IMG/VR virus record: IMGVR_UViG_3300037484_001943
Coordinates: 1-27,216 of that record
Length of the DNA: 27,216 nt
Reading direction: 5' to 3' (one strand)
Origin: a virus
Taxonomy: Duplodnaviria > Caudoviricetes
The stretch's first letter is position 1. The number at the start of each line of letters is the position of its first letter. Below are positions 17,983-26,351 of the stretch, in pieces. The translations under genes and the position numbers were made by a program. The notes under the pieces are model-generated. The model had not been told where the DNA came from and did no database searches. It saw only the letters and a program-made list of their open reading frames with translations.

Positions 17983-19178
17983 AGGACACCTCCCATGTCG
18001 AGATCGGCCACTTCACGGAGGCCGGCAAGATCGACTTTGGCATAAATCCGCGTGCTGTTGGGGTCGGTGTGCCCCAGTTGATCGCCAATCTCCTTCAGCG
18101 ATAGACCAGCGGCCAGCAATTGCGTGGCGCAGGCATGACGCAAGGCATGAGGACCGTGGTGTGGAAGCGACACGTCTATGGATCGCAACCGCTCGCCGAC
18201 CACCTCCCAAAGCGAACTTGGGTTCAGCGGGCGGAGAGGAGCCCTCAGTGACAAGAACAATTCCCGATGCGCGGATTGCGGTCGCACCTCTTGCAGGTAA
18301 CGCAGGATGGCATCGCCGACGGATCGCGTCAGCGGATAGGTTCGGACCCGCCCCGACTTGGAAGATACGACGCGGAGCACTTCATGCTCCCAGTCGAAAT
18401 CATCCAGCCGCAGGCCGTTCACCTCCCCACGCCGGAGGCCGTAGATGGCCAGAAGCATCAGGATTGGCCGGTTACGGATGTCGCGCGGCTCGTCCCCTTC
18501 GGTCGTGGCGAGCAGCCGCCGCACGTCGTCCCACGATGGCCCGAGCGGCACCGATGCTTGCGAGAAGACTCGCGGAGCGCGAATGGACCCCGCCAACCCT
18601 TTGCGGCACCAGCCGCGTGCTTCCGCAAACCGAAAGAAAGCCCGCAGATCGGTGGCCCAGCTTTGAATCGTCCGCCGCGAATAACCTCCTGGTTCGAGCA
18701 TCTTCTGAAACGCCGTGTCGATCCGATGAGGAGTGATCGCGTGCAAAGAACCACCTTGGACACGCAGTTGCTTGACGAACTGCCTGACCTGCGAGCAACG
18801 GGTACAAATGGTCGCGGGCGACAGTTCCGCTTCATGCTCCATGTAATCAGCGAACGCTTTGATCTTCTTCGCCCAGGGAGTCAACGGGGCGGGACGCTGT
18901 TGCAGACGCCCCATGAATTGGAGCCATCGGACGGCAACTCGATAGAGGTCATGCCGCTTGGCAGCCTTGCGTTTGACTTCGTTGAGAGTCAGGGCCTTTC
19001 GGCTGGCCAATCCACGCATCTTTGCAATCGCGAGCAGGCCCCGCGCCCACCCCCGCAAGCCCTTCCGGGTGTAGCCCTGGCCTGCGAGATGTGTCAGGAA
19101 GGCAAGGCGCTCTTCCAGCATTGGACCTTTGCGGTAGCGCGCCACAACACCGGGAACCTCGAAAATCTGATCGAACAT
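17979..19178 (-). CDS. Tyrosine recombinase, first gene of the RIT (RitA-like)
   Basis: ATG 19178 after a GGAGGT RBS (MFDQIF). Motifs YGLRRGEV, SSKSG, HALRH, LGH and TRIYAK are present; ATGA overlap with the second gene. Confidence 0.92.
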   Translation of the reverse strand: MFDQIFEVPGVVARYRKGPMLEERLAFLTHLAGQGYTRKGLRGWARGLLAIAKMRGLASRKALTLNEVKRKAAKRHDLYRVAVRWLQFMGRLQQRPAPLTPWAKKIKAFADYMEHEAELSPATICTRCSQVRQFVKQLRVQGGSLHAITPHRIDTAFQKMLEPGGYSRRTIQSWATDLRAFFRFAEARGWCRKGLAGSIRAPRVFSQASVPLGPSWDDVRRLLATTEGDEPRDIRNRPILMLLAIYGLRRGEVNGLRLDDFDWEHEVLRVVSSKSGRVRTYPLTRSVGDAILRYLQEVRPQSAHRELFLSLRAPLRPLNPSSLWEVVGERLRSIDVSLPHHGPHALRHACATQLLAAGLSLKEIGDQLGHTDPNSTRIYAKVDLAGLREVADLDMGGVL

Positions 19179-19294
19179 AGTCGCACCTCCGGGGAGAAAG
19201 GGGAAACGGGACCTTCTCCCCATAGCGTAACGCCAAAATTATGTGGCGCAGAAAACGGGCTAAACGCTGCAATTCGGCCGAAGGAACGCGCTAG

Positions 19295-19323
19295 GCCACA
19301 TAACTGGCTGCGCCACAGAAGAA
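19295..19323 (-). repeat. RIT terminal inverted repeat (right)
   Basis: GCCACATAACTGGCTGCGCCACAGAAGAA pairs with 15950-15978. Confidence 0.9.
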
Positions 19324-19398
19324 CGCTGTGCGGACGTAATCGCCCAGAACACTCTGATGATGGAACGACTTGAGAAGGCCCTGGATCGGGACCATTGA
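19324..19398 (+). pseudogene. 3' remnant of a small gene truncated by the RIT element (copy R)
   Basis: Reads RCADVIAQNTLMMERLEKALDRDH* outward from the RIT end; paralog of 15881-15949. Confidence 0.65.
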
Positions 19399-19415
19399 CC
19401 GCGAGCCGTGCCGCT

Positions 19416-19928
19416 ATGACGTATCCCGCCAGTTACGGCTTGAATCAGCAGATTCGGCGCGTGCTGTACGCGCTCAAGCGGCAGTACGGCGGCGAGGTCG
19501 TCGTCTACCAGAACGGCACGGTGACTACGGATACGAAGACCGGCGAAACAAGCCGGACGAAGACGGCAACCCGGATTCGTCGGGCCGTCGTCCTGCCGGT
19601 GACGGTCAGCCGCGAAGTGAAGCAGTCGATCTCGCTGATCTCCGCGAACAAGCAGATGGTTACGGGCGGCGGTTTCGAGTCGGGCAAGCGGCTGTTCATC
19701 ATCGAGCGCCGCGACTGCCCGAACCTCGTGCTTCACAAGAGCGATTGGCTGGCCTACCAAGGCCGCAAATACGCCATCGAGAACTACGAAGAGTACGAGT
19801 TCGATGCGGCGTACCTCATCACCGGCAGAGAAATGCCGGGCGAGTCCCCGGGCGTGGCGGGGTCGATCGTCGAGCTTGCGGCTTGCGACACGCTCGCGTT
19901 GGATTCACAGGCCGGAGGGGCGATGTAG
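19416..19928 (+). CDS. Head-closure / head-tail joining-like protein (copy R)
   Basis: ATG 19416 (MTYPASYGL, matching MYPADRTL); paralog of 15362-15862. Confidence 0.55.
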   Translation: MTYPASYGLNQQIRRVLYALKRQYGGEVVVYQNGTVTTDTKTGETSRTKTATRIRRAVVLPVTVSREVKQSISLISANKQMVTGGGFESGKRLFIIERRDCPNLVLHKSDWLAYQGRKYAIENYEEYEFDAAYLITGREMPGESPGVAGSIVELAACDTLALDSQAGGAM

Positions 19929-19930
19929 CC

Positions 19931-20428
19931 ATGCCAGCCAATCCACACTGGGCACGCTGGGTGTTCGCATCCGTAGCCACCTACCTCAAGGACGTGGCGA
20001 AGGAGACCGGACTGCCCGTTCTGATCGAAGGCTTGGACGACCGGACCACGGAGTTCATGGAGGCCACGGATCGGTGCGAGGTCCGCATCACGGGGCCGTT
20101 TACCAAGGAGGTCAGCCACAACTACTTCCAGATCGAAGTCGTGGTGAACGTGCTGTTCTTGAGCCGCTACGAAGAGCAGAAGAACCGATACGCCATCATC
20201 CAGAGGACGGGCGTGTTCCAAGAGGCAATGGACGGAGCCATAGCCGTCTACCAGTACGGAAATGAACCGGGAGACGACGATGGCGCGCTGGTCGGCTGCC
20301 TCTCGCCAGTGCAAGGCCGCCACGACGCCATCCGCGTCATGCACTTTGGACAGGTCGATCCGACCAACCGGATCAAACAGTCGATGGTAGACGCTCGCTA
20401 CCGGATGGAAATATCCACCAGTCAGTAA
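19931..20428 (+). CDS. Tail terminator-like protein (copy R), 165 aa
   Basis: ATG 19931 (MPANPHWARWVFAS, matching MSIPNAHWPRWIFAS); sits immediately upstream of the tail tube gene. Confidence 0.55.
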   Translation: MPANPHWARWVFASVATYLKDVAKETGLPVLIEGLDDRTTEFMEATDRCEVRITGPFTKEVSHNYFQIEVVVNVLFLSRYEEQKNRYAIIQRTGVFQEAMDGAIAVYQYGNEPGDDDGALVGCLSPVQGRHDAIRVMHFGQVDPTNRIKQSMVDARYRMEISTSQ

Positions 20429-20445
20429 ACAGGAGATAGCCGAAC

Positions 20446-21240
20446 ATGGCACGCATCGAACTTCGTGACTGCACCGTCCGCATCAAGGACGGACTCGGCG
20501 CGCATCCCACCCTCTATCCTTGCACGGCGCAGGGGAACAAGACGCTCACACCCGACAAGACGGCCGTGGCCGAGAGCGACACCGGCGGCAAGGTGTCCAG
20601 CGTGAGCATTCCAACCGCGGTCGGCGGATACACGGAGAAGATCCCGATTGGGGCACGCTTCACCATTGCCGGTGAGACGGCCGCCACCACGGTCCACGTC
20701 GTCACGGCCAGGACCCAGGACGGGACCGACCCGAACAAGACGACGGACATCGTGTTTTCGCCCGCCCTCGGGGCCGGCACCTACGGGACGGACGCCGCCA
20801 TCACGTTCCTGCCGCAGCAACTCGAAGTGAAGATTGGCGAGGGGAACATCACCTACACCGAACACAACGAGTACAACTACCTGCTCGACCGGGACAACCT
20901 GGACACCGTGAAGGAAGGCAAGGAAGTCCCGATGGATGTCAAGTGGGACAGCGTGTACGAGCACATCACCACGGGCACCAGCGAGAACATCAGCCCGATG
21001 GATGCGCTGAAGGGCATCGGGGCGGCCTCCGAGTGGATCACCTACGCCGCGGACCCCTGCGAACCCTACGCGGTGGCCATCGAAGTCGAGCACGTTCCGC
21101 CCTGCGGCACGAGCCTGGGCGAAACCACGCTCTTCCCCGACTTCCGCTCGGAACAGCGCGAGGTGAACTTCAAGGAGGCCACGATCTCCGTGACGGGCAA
21201 GTGCAATGCCACGGAACCCATCGTGATCCGCGCGAGTTAA
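20446..21240 (+). CDS. Major tail (tube) protein (copy R)
   Basis: 264 aa with an AGGAG RBS, followed by a terminator-like hairpin; paralog of 14103-14858. Confidence 0.7.
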   Translation: MARIELRDCTVRIKDGLGAHPTLYPCTAQGNKTLTPDKTAVAESDTGGKVSSVSIPTAVGGYTEKIPIGARFTIAGETAATTVHVVTARTQDGTDPNKTTDIVFSPALGAGTYGTDAAITFLPQQLEVKIGEGNITYTEHNEYNYLLDRDNLDTVKEGKEVPMDVKWDSVYEHITTGTSENISPMDALKGIGAASEWITYAADPCEPYAVAIEVEHVPPCGTSLGETTLFPDFRSEQREVNFKEATISVTGKCNATEPIVIRAS

Positions 21241-21306
21241 GACGACTCCCCGGCCCTCTTTTTCAAGAAGGCCGGTTGGGCTGGTCTCTCTGTCAAGACC
21301 AGTCAA

Positions 21307-21354
21307 GCGGTGCCGGCTGTGGGTGCCGGCACCGCCTCTTTCTCTTTCCTTTTC
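21307..21354 (+). terminator. Rho-independent terminator-like hairpin after the tail tube gene
   Basis: GCGGTGCCGGC-TGTGGGT-GCCGGCACCGC forms a perfect 11-bp stem followed by CTCTTTCTCTTTCCTTTTC. Confidence 0.65.
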
Positions 21355-21367
21355 GCGAGGGAACAGC

Positions 21368-21895
21368 ATGAAGATTGCCGGTATCGACCCCAAATCGCTC
21401 TCCAACGAGGTGCTCCTCGTCCTGCCCCGCGGCGACAAAGAGATCGTCTTCCGCGCCAAGGGCCTGCCCGACATGAGGGAGTTCGAGGCCCTGTGCCCCT
21501 ACCCCAAGCCGCCGGGCAAGTTCACCAAGGAGGGCTGGATTCCCAACGTCACCGACCCCACCTACCAGCAAGTGCTCGGGGAATGGGCGAAGAAGCGACT
21601 GGGCTACATGGTCATTCACTCGTTGGACCCCAGCGAGATCGAGTGGGACACCGTGAACAAGGCCGACCTCCGCACTTGGACCAAGTGGGAGGACGACCTG
21701 AAAAGCGGCGGCCTGACCCAGGTGGAGTGCAACCGCGTGCTGGCCCTGGCGCTGGAGGCCAACGCCCTGGACGAGGCCAAGCTGCAAAAGGCCCGCGAGG
21801 TTTTTCTACGTGGTCGGGAGCCGATGCCCGAAGAGTTCTCTTCGCTCCGCAGCGAACGGCCGAGTTCGCCGTCTGGCGGGCCTGCGAACGATTAG
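21368..21895 (+). CDS. Tail assembly chaperone (gpG-like, copy R)
   Basis: ATG 21368 after GAGGGA (MKIAGIDP, matching MRIGGIDP); slippery GGTTTTT at 21799-21805. Confidence 0.7.
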   Translation: MKIAGIDPKSLSNEVLLVLPRGDKEIVFRAKGLPDMREFEALCPYPKPPGKFTKEGWIPNVTDPTYQQVLGEWAKKRLGYMVIHSLDPSEIEWDTVNKADLRTWTKWEDDLKSGGLTQVECNRVLALALEANALDEAKLQKAREVFLRGREPMPEEFSSLRSERPSSPSGGPAND

Positions 21896-22071
21896 GCATC
21901 CGGCCGCCGGGCGTCAAACACTCCTGGGATGACTGTGGCGTCGAGACTCAGGCTTTGATCGTCGCCTTCGACCATCTGCGCGGTCACGACGAAGCGGAGC
22001 GGGAGGCTCGACTGGCGGGGGCACGGATGCCTTTGGCGGCGTCCCCACCTTCCCCGGAGCAAGGTTCCTGA
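21799..22071 (+). CDS. -1 frameshift extension of the tail assembly chaperone (gpGT-like, copy R)
   Basis: The -1 frame encodes GFSTWS...RTAEFAVWRACERLGIRPPGVKHSWDDCGV and ends 2 nt before the next ATG. Confidence 0.7.
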   Translation, partial: GFSTWSGADARRVLFAPQRTAEFAVWRACERLGIRPPGVKHSWDDCGVETQALIVAFDHLRGHDEAEREARLAGARMPLAASPPSPEQGS

Positions 22072-22073
22072 CC

Positions 22074-22574
22074 ATGAAGTTCACGGCCCAATTCTCTGCT
22101 CCGCGCATCGACGTAGTGGCCTATCGCAGCGCCCTGGACAAGCACATGGCCCATGTGATTGCCCAGGGCTTGGTGGTCTGGCTAGAGGCGATCCTGGCCG
22201 AAATTCCGGTGTGGAGCGGGGCTTCACGGGCCACCTTCACGAAATTGGCAAGCCACATCTCCTATTCCATCCCCATTGCTCCGGTCGCCGTGGATCGGAT
22301 CGGGATGGGGCAGGCGTCCAGCGACGGCGGAATGGTCACGGACAAGCAGACCGGGGAGTACAGCTTCACCTACAGCACGACGCTGCCGTGGCTGATCTGG
22401 AACGAGTACCACAACGCCAACGTCGAGCCGGACCCAAGCCTCTTCTATCGCGTGATTAAGGAAGGCCCCTACAACTTCCAGGCCGTGGGTGCCAGGGCCT
22501 TTCTGCGGTTTGCAGACAACGTGGACCTTCTGCCCGTCAAGCCTCATCTGCGTGCGACGCGAGTCAAGTCCTAG
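22074..22574 (+). CDS. HK97-gp10-like neck/tail completion protein (copy R)
   Basis: 166 aa with 'IPVWSGASRATF'; paralog of 12701-13207. Confidence 0.5.
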   Translation: MKFTAQFSAPRIDVVAYRSALDKHMAHVIAQGLVVWLEAILAEIPVWSGASRATFTKLASHISYSIPIAPVAVDRIGMGQASSDGGMVTDKQTGEYSFTYSTTLPWLIWNEYHNANVEPDPSLFYRVIKEGPYNFQAVGARAFLRFADNVDLLPVKPHLRATRVKS

Positions 22575-22585
22575 CAAGGTGCCTC

Positions 22586-25500
22586 ATGGCTGACGAGATC
22601 GTCAATAAACTCGGCTTCAACGTCGAGGAGGCCCTGGCGGCGCTCCAGCGATTGGACCTTGCGCTGCAAACCTCGGGCGGAGCCTTCCAGACGTTCGGCG
22701 GGACGCTGAACGCCTGGAACAGCCAGGCGGCGGGTGCGCTGAACACGATGAAGCAGATGGCCTCGGCTGCGCAGAATCTCGCCTCGTCCATGTCGAAGAT
22801 GGGCAGCGGGCCGGCGATGCCGGCGCAGCCTGCTGCCACGTCCTCGTTCTGGCTGCCGTCCGGCATGGAAGCCGAGGCCAGGCGATTGAACGATGCCCTG
22901 CGCAGCGTCGGCACGTCGGCCACCGAAATGGGCGGCAAACTCAAGGACGGCGGCACGAAGGGCAAGGAAGCTCTCGACGAGGCGGACGACAGCGCCAAGA
23001 AGTTCGTCGTCACCTGGGGCACGATTTCGCGCGTGGTGATGACGCAGTTTGTCGTCCGGGCCATGAGCCAAATTCGTGACGCCCTGCGTGAAGCCGTCGC
23101 GGAGTCCATCGAGTTTCAGCGGCGGGTCGCCGAAGTCCAGACAGTCGCGCCAAAGATCGGCGGGAGTTTCGCCGCTTTGACGAGCGAGGCCGCAGAGTTC
23201 GCCAAAGCGTTCAACATCCCGTTGGCGCAGGCCACCGAGGGCCTGTACGAGACCATCTCGGACCAGTTCTCGGGAATGTCGCAGCGTGCTAGCGTGATGT
23301 CGGCGGCGATGAAACTGGCGAAGGTTGGCGTCATGGAATTTCAGGACGCCGTGACGCTGATTACCGGCACGCTCAATGCCTTCGGCATGACGAGCGAGCA
23401 AGCGGACTCGGTGGCCGCGAAGTATTTCACCACGATCAACTTGGGGCACGTCCGCGGCAAGGAACTGGCGGACACGATGGGGCAGGTCATTCCCATTGCG
23501 TCCCAGTTGGGCGTCAGCCTGGATGAACTGAACGCCGCAATGATTGCCATGACCATCGGCGGCATGGACGCGCACAAAACGGTGACGGGCCTGCGCGGGG
23601 CCATGACCGCTTTCCTGAAGCCTTCGGAAGACATGAAGAAGGTCATCCGGGAAATGGGCTTCTCTTCGGCCGAGCAGGTGGTCCAAGCCAAGGGCTTTCA
23701 GGGTGCTCTGGAAGCGGTCGCCGATGCCTCGGACAACATGGCCTCCGGGATCGCCAAGTCGTTCCGTAATGTCCGCGCCCTGACGGCCGAGTTGCGTCTG
23801 ACCAACGAAGGGGCTGTGAAGGTCGAAGAGGCCATGAAGGCAATGGCGACTTCGACGCCTGACGCCCTCGACAAAATCTACAAGCAGTTCACCAGCACCG
23901 ATTCAGAGAAGCTGACCCGCGAAATCAACCGCCTCAAGATCAATCTGACGCAGGACTTCGGCAGCGGCCTGACGGGTGTGCTGGCGACAATGATGCAGCT
24001 CATGGGCGGGGCCGACAGGCTCTCGGCCGCGATCCAGGCCCTCGCTTTCGCCGCCGTCCCGGCCGCTGCCGCGATGCTGGGCCTGGCCGCGGCAGCCGCC
24101 ATGACCCATCTCGCACTGGGTCCAATCGGCTGGGCCTTGCTGGGCATCACGGCCGCGCTGTCGCTCTTTGCCGGCGGCATGACCTACACGACGGCGCAGT
24201 CGATCAATGAGACCCGCCGGCTGTCGAACGAGCAGCGTCAGGCCACTTTGGAGTATCTGAAGAACAAGGAGGAGGAGCTACGCGCACTGCGCGAGACGGA
24301 AGAGAAGAAGACGGCCGAAGAGAACCGCGCCTGGGAGAACCGCGCCGCGGCGATCCGGCGAAACTACTTCAAGGCCCTGGACGGACTCCGCGACAAGAAC
24401 AAGGAGATCATCGAGAGCGACCGGCAGGCGATGCAGTCGATCATCGCTGCCCAGGAGCGGGTCGTCTCCGCCTATCGCAATGCCGCCAACGCCAGTCTCC
24501 GCGTCGTGCAGGACTCCCAGAACCGGCGTGTCACCCTTGAGGCCCAGGTTTCCGACAAGCTCTTCAAGGACCGGCTCGACAAGCTCTACGCACAACAGGA
24601 CGTGGAACAACGGGCGCAGGCTACCCTGCGTCGGAGCTGGGAATTGGAGAGCCAGGGCCTCACGGCGCTAGCCAACGCGCAGACGCAGGACGACGTGCAT
24701 CGCGCCGCAGCGGTTCTCCAACGGGCGGAGGCTTATCTCCAAGAGGGCACCGCCCTTGCCAAGACGACGAGCAACACTTGGCTCCAGTATCAGGCGGAAC
24801 GCAGCGTCCTGGACAACATGGAAGCCCAAGTCAAGGCTGAAAAGCAGTTGGAGGCGTTGCAGGCTGCGCGGGCGCAAAAGCTGGCGGACGAGGCCGCCAA
24901 GGAGCAGCAGCGGCTCGACCAGATGAAGGCCCTGATGAAGGCCATCCTCACGGACCTGCAAGCCTTCGACAAGCAGGGGGCAAAATCGCCCCAGGCTTTG
25001 GCGGAGCAGCAGGGCCAGCTCACCGAGAACCTCAACAAGTTCCGCGATCTGTGGCTCGGCGGCAAGAAGGTTGAAGTCGCCGACCTGTTGGGTTTTGACC
25101 AGCTTCAGCGCCGAGTGACGATGGCTCTGGAGGGCGGCGTCTCGCAGGCGGAGGTGAAGGAACTCTACTCGGCCCCGGAGACGTTTGCCAGGTTCCGCGA
25201 GGACATTGAAAAGGGCATCGGCCCGGTTCGCGTGATGATCGACATGGGAAGGATCGGCGGCGGCCCGCAGGTGTGGGAAGCGACGAAAGGGATGACCGCC
25301 GAGGAAACGATGTCGCACTTCTCCCAGGAGTTGCAGCGATCCACCCAGATCATCAACAGCTTTGGTGCGGCCCGTGATGCCTTAAAGATGGCGAATGCCG
25401 GGGTGCAGCAGAGCCAAAGGGAGGTCCAGAGCGCGCTAGATCGCTGGGTGGACGTGGGTTTCGTCAAAGACGTGCGCGACCTGGGCGGGATATGGGAGAC

Positions 25501-26329
25501 GTTCACGGGCCATGTGGCGAACACCCCGCTGGTCAAACAGGCCCGCGAGGAACTTGTGCGGGCAACCCTCAAGTTCACCGCCCCCGATGCAAAGCCCCTG
25601 ACCGAGGATTTGGACAGACTCCAGGCCGCCTACGATCTCTACCTGGCGGTTCTCAAGCCGAGCGCCAAGAGCAAAGCGGCCCTGGACGAGTTCATGCGGA
25701 AGGCGTCGATGGCAACCGAGGCCGCGAAGCGGGTCGAGTCGCTGGAACAGGGCACGAGGGCTATGGAAGGCAACGCGACGGAGGCCATGAGGAACAAGCC
25801 CGCCTTGGAGAACGCCTTGAAAGCGGCCGAAGAGGCGGCCCGCAAAGCGAAGGAGGGCACGGATGGGGCGCAAGCTAGCGCCGAAGGTGCGTGGAAGGCC
25901 ATCTCCCAGGTCTCTCAGATCAACATGAGCGGGCTGGTCAGCCAGACCCAAGAGGTGGCCGACGCCATGTGGAGCCTGGCCAGCGCCTCCATGATGGTGC
26001 AGTTCCCGACGCCGCAGATGACCGCCTCCCACGGAGGGACGGCGTGGAAGCTCCTGGCCAGCGGCGGCCCGGTGGGCACGGACGTGATCCCCGCGATGCT
26101 CTCACCGGGCGAGGTGGTCATCAACGCCGCTTCGGCGCGGAAGTTCGCTTCACAACTGACCGCCATCAATGCCGGCGTGCAACCGGTCTACCGCAGCGAA
26201 GGCGGCAGCGTCACCAACATCGGTGACATCAACGTGTCTGTAACCGGCGGCGGAACCAGCCGCCAGACGGCTAGGTCCATCGCCGCCGAGTTGCGCAGAG
26301 AACTGCGGCGTGGCACGGCAACCCTGTAA
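22586..26329 (+). CDS. Phage tail tape measure protein (copy R), 1247 aa
   Basis: Ala-rich helical protein with a TP901-type core (TINLGHVRGKELADTMGQVIPIASQLGVSLDEL), a hydrophobic segment and the C-terminal GTDVIPAMLSPGEVVINA motif. Confidence 0.9.
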   Translation: MADEIVNKLGFNVEEALAALQRLDLALQTSGGAFQTFGGTLNAWNSQAAGALNTMKQMASAAQNLASSMSKMGSGPAMPAQPAATSSFWLPSGMEAEARRLNDALRSVGTSATEMGGKLKDGGTKGKEALDEADDSAKKFVVTWGTISRVVMTQFVVRAMSQIRDALREAVAESIEFQRRVAEVQTVAPKIGGSFAALTSEAAEFAKAFNIPLAQATEGLYETISDQFSGMSQRASVMSAAMKLAKVGVMEFQDAVTLITGTLNAFGMTSEQADSVAAKYFTTINLGHVRGKELADTMGQVIPIASQLGVSLDELNAAMIAMTIGGMDAHKTVTGLRGAMTAFLKPSEDMKKVIREMGFSSAEQVVQAKGFQGALEAVADASDNMASGIAKSFRNVRALTAELRLTNEGAVKVEEAMKAMATSTPDALDKIYKQFTSTDSEKLTREINRLKINLTQDFGSGLTGVLATMMQLMGGADRLSAAIQALAFAAVPAAAAMLGLAAAAAMTHLALGPIGWALLGITAALSLFAGGMTYTTAQSINETRRLSNEQRQATLEYLKNKEEELRALRETEEKKTAEENRAWENRAAAIRRNYFKALDGLRDKNKEIIESDRQAMQSIIAAQERVVSAYRNAANASLRVVQDSQNRRVTLEAQVSDKLFKDRLDKLYAQQDVEQRAQATLRRSWELESQGLTALANAQTQDDVHRAAAVLQRAEAYLQEGTALAKTTSNTWLQYQAERSVLDNMEAQVKAEKQLEALQAARAQKLADEAAKEQQRLDQMKALMKAILTDLQAFDKQGAKSPQALAEQQGQLTENLNKFRDLWLGGKKVEVADLLGFDQLQRRVTMALEGGVSQAEVKELYSAPETFARFREDIEKGIGPVRVMIDMGRIGGGPQVWEATKGMTAEETMSHFSQELQRSTQIINSFGAARDALKMANAGVQQSQREVQSALDRWVDVGFVKDVRDLGGIWETFTGHVANTPLVKQAREELVRATLKFTAPDAKPLTEDLDRLQAAYDLYLAVLKPSAKSKAALDEFMRKASMATEAAKRVESLEQGTRAMEGNATEAMRNKPALENALKAAEEAARKAKEGTDGAQASAEGAWKAISQVSQINMSGLVSQTQEVADAMWSLASASMMVQFPTPQMTASHGGTAWKLLASGGPVGTDVIPAMLSPGEVVINAASARKFASQLTAINAGVQPVYRSEGGSVTNIGDINVSVTGGGTSRQTARSIAAELRRELRRGTATL

Positions 26330-26351
26330 CCTTTGATCGAGAGGAACACCC

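Larger units (their letters stand above)
15950..19323 (-). mobile_element. RIT (recombinase-in-trio) element, 3374 bp
   Basis: Three co-oriented tyrosine recombinases overlap by 4 and 8 bp. They are bounded by 29-bp inverted repeats (15950-15978 and 19295-19323, one mismatch) plus internal TTATGTGGCG repeats. Confidence 0.9.

Noticed and set aside
16044-19178. Calling the recombinases chromosomal XerC/XerD or a prophage integrase
   Set aside because: The trio arrangement, 4/8-bp overlaps and terminal inverted repeats fit a RIT element.
15940-19335. Target-site duplication flanking the RIT
   Set aside because: No direct repeat is seen. The flanks are inverted paralogous sequence, and the terminal GAA could belong to either the element or the target.
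19370-19930. N-terminal 187 aa of the 352-aa ORF 19370-20428
   Set aside because: It overlaps the real 19416-19928 gene in another frame; homology to the paralog begins at ATG 19931.
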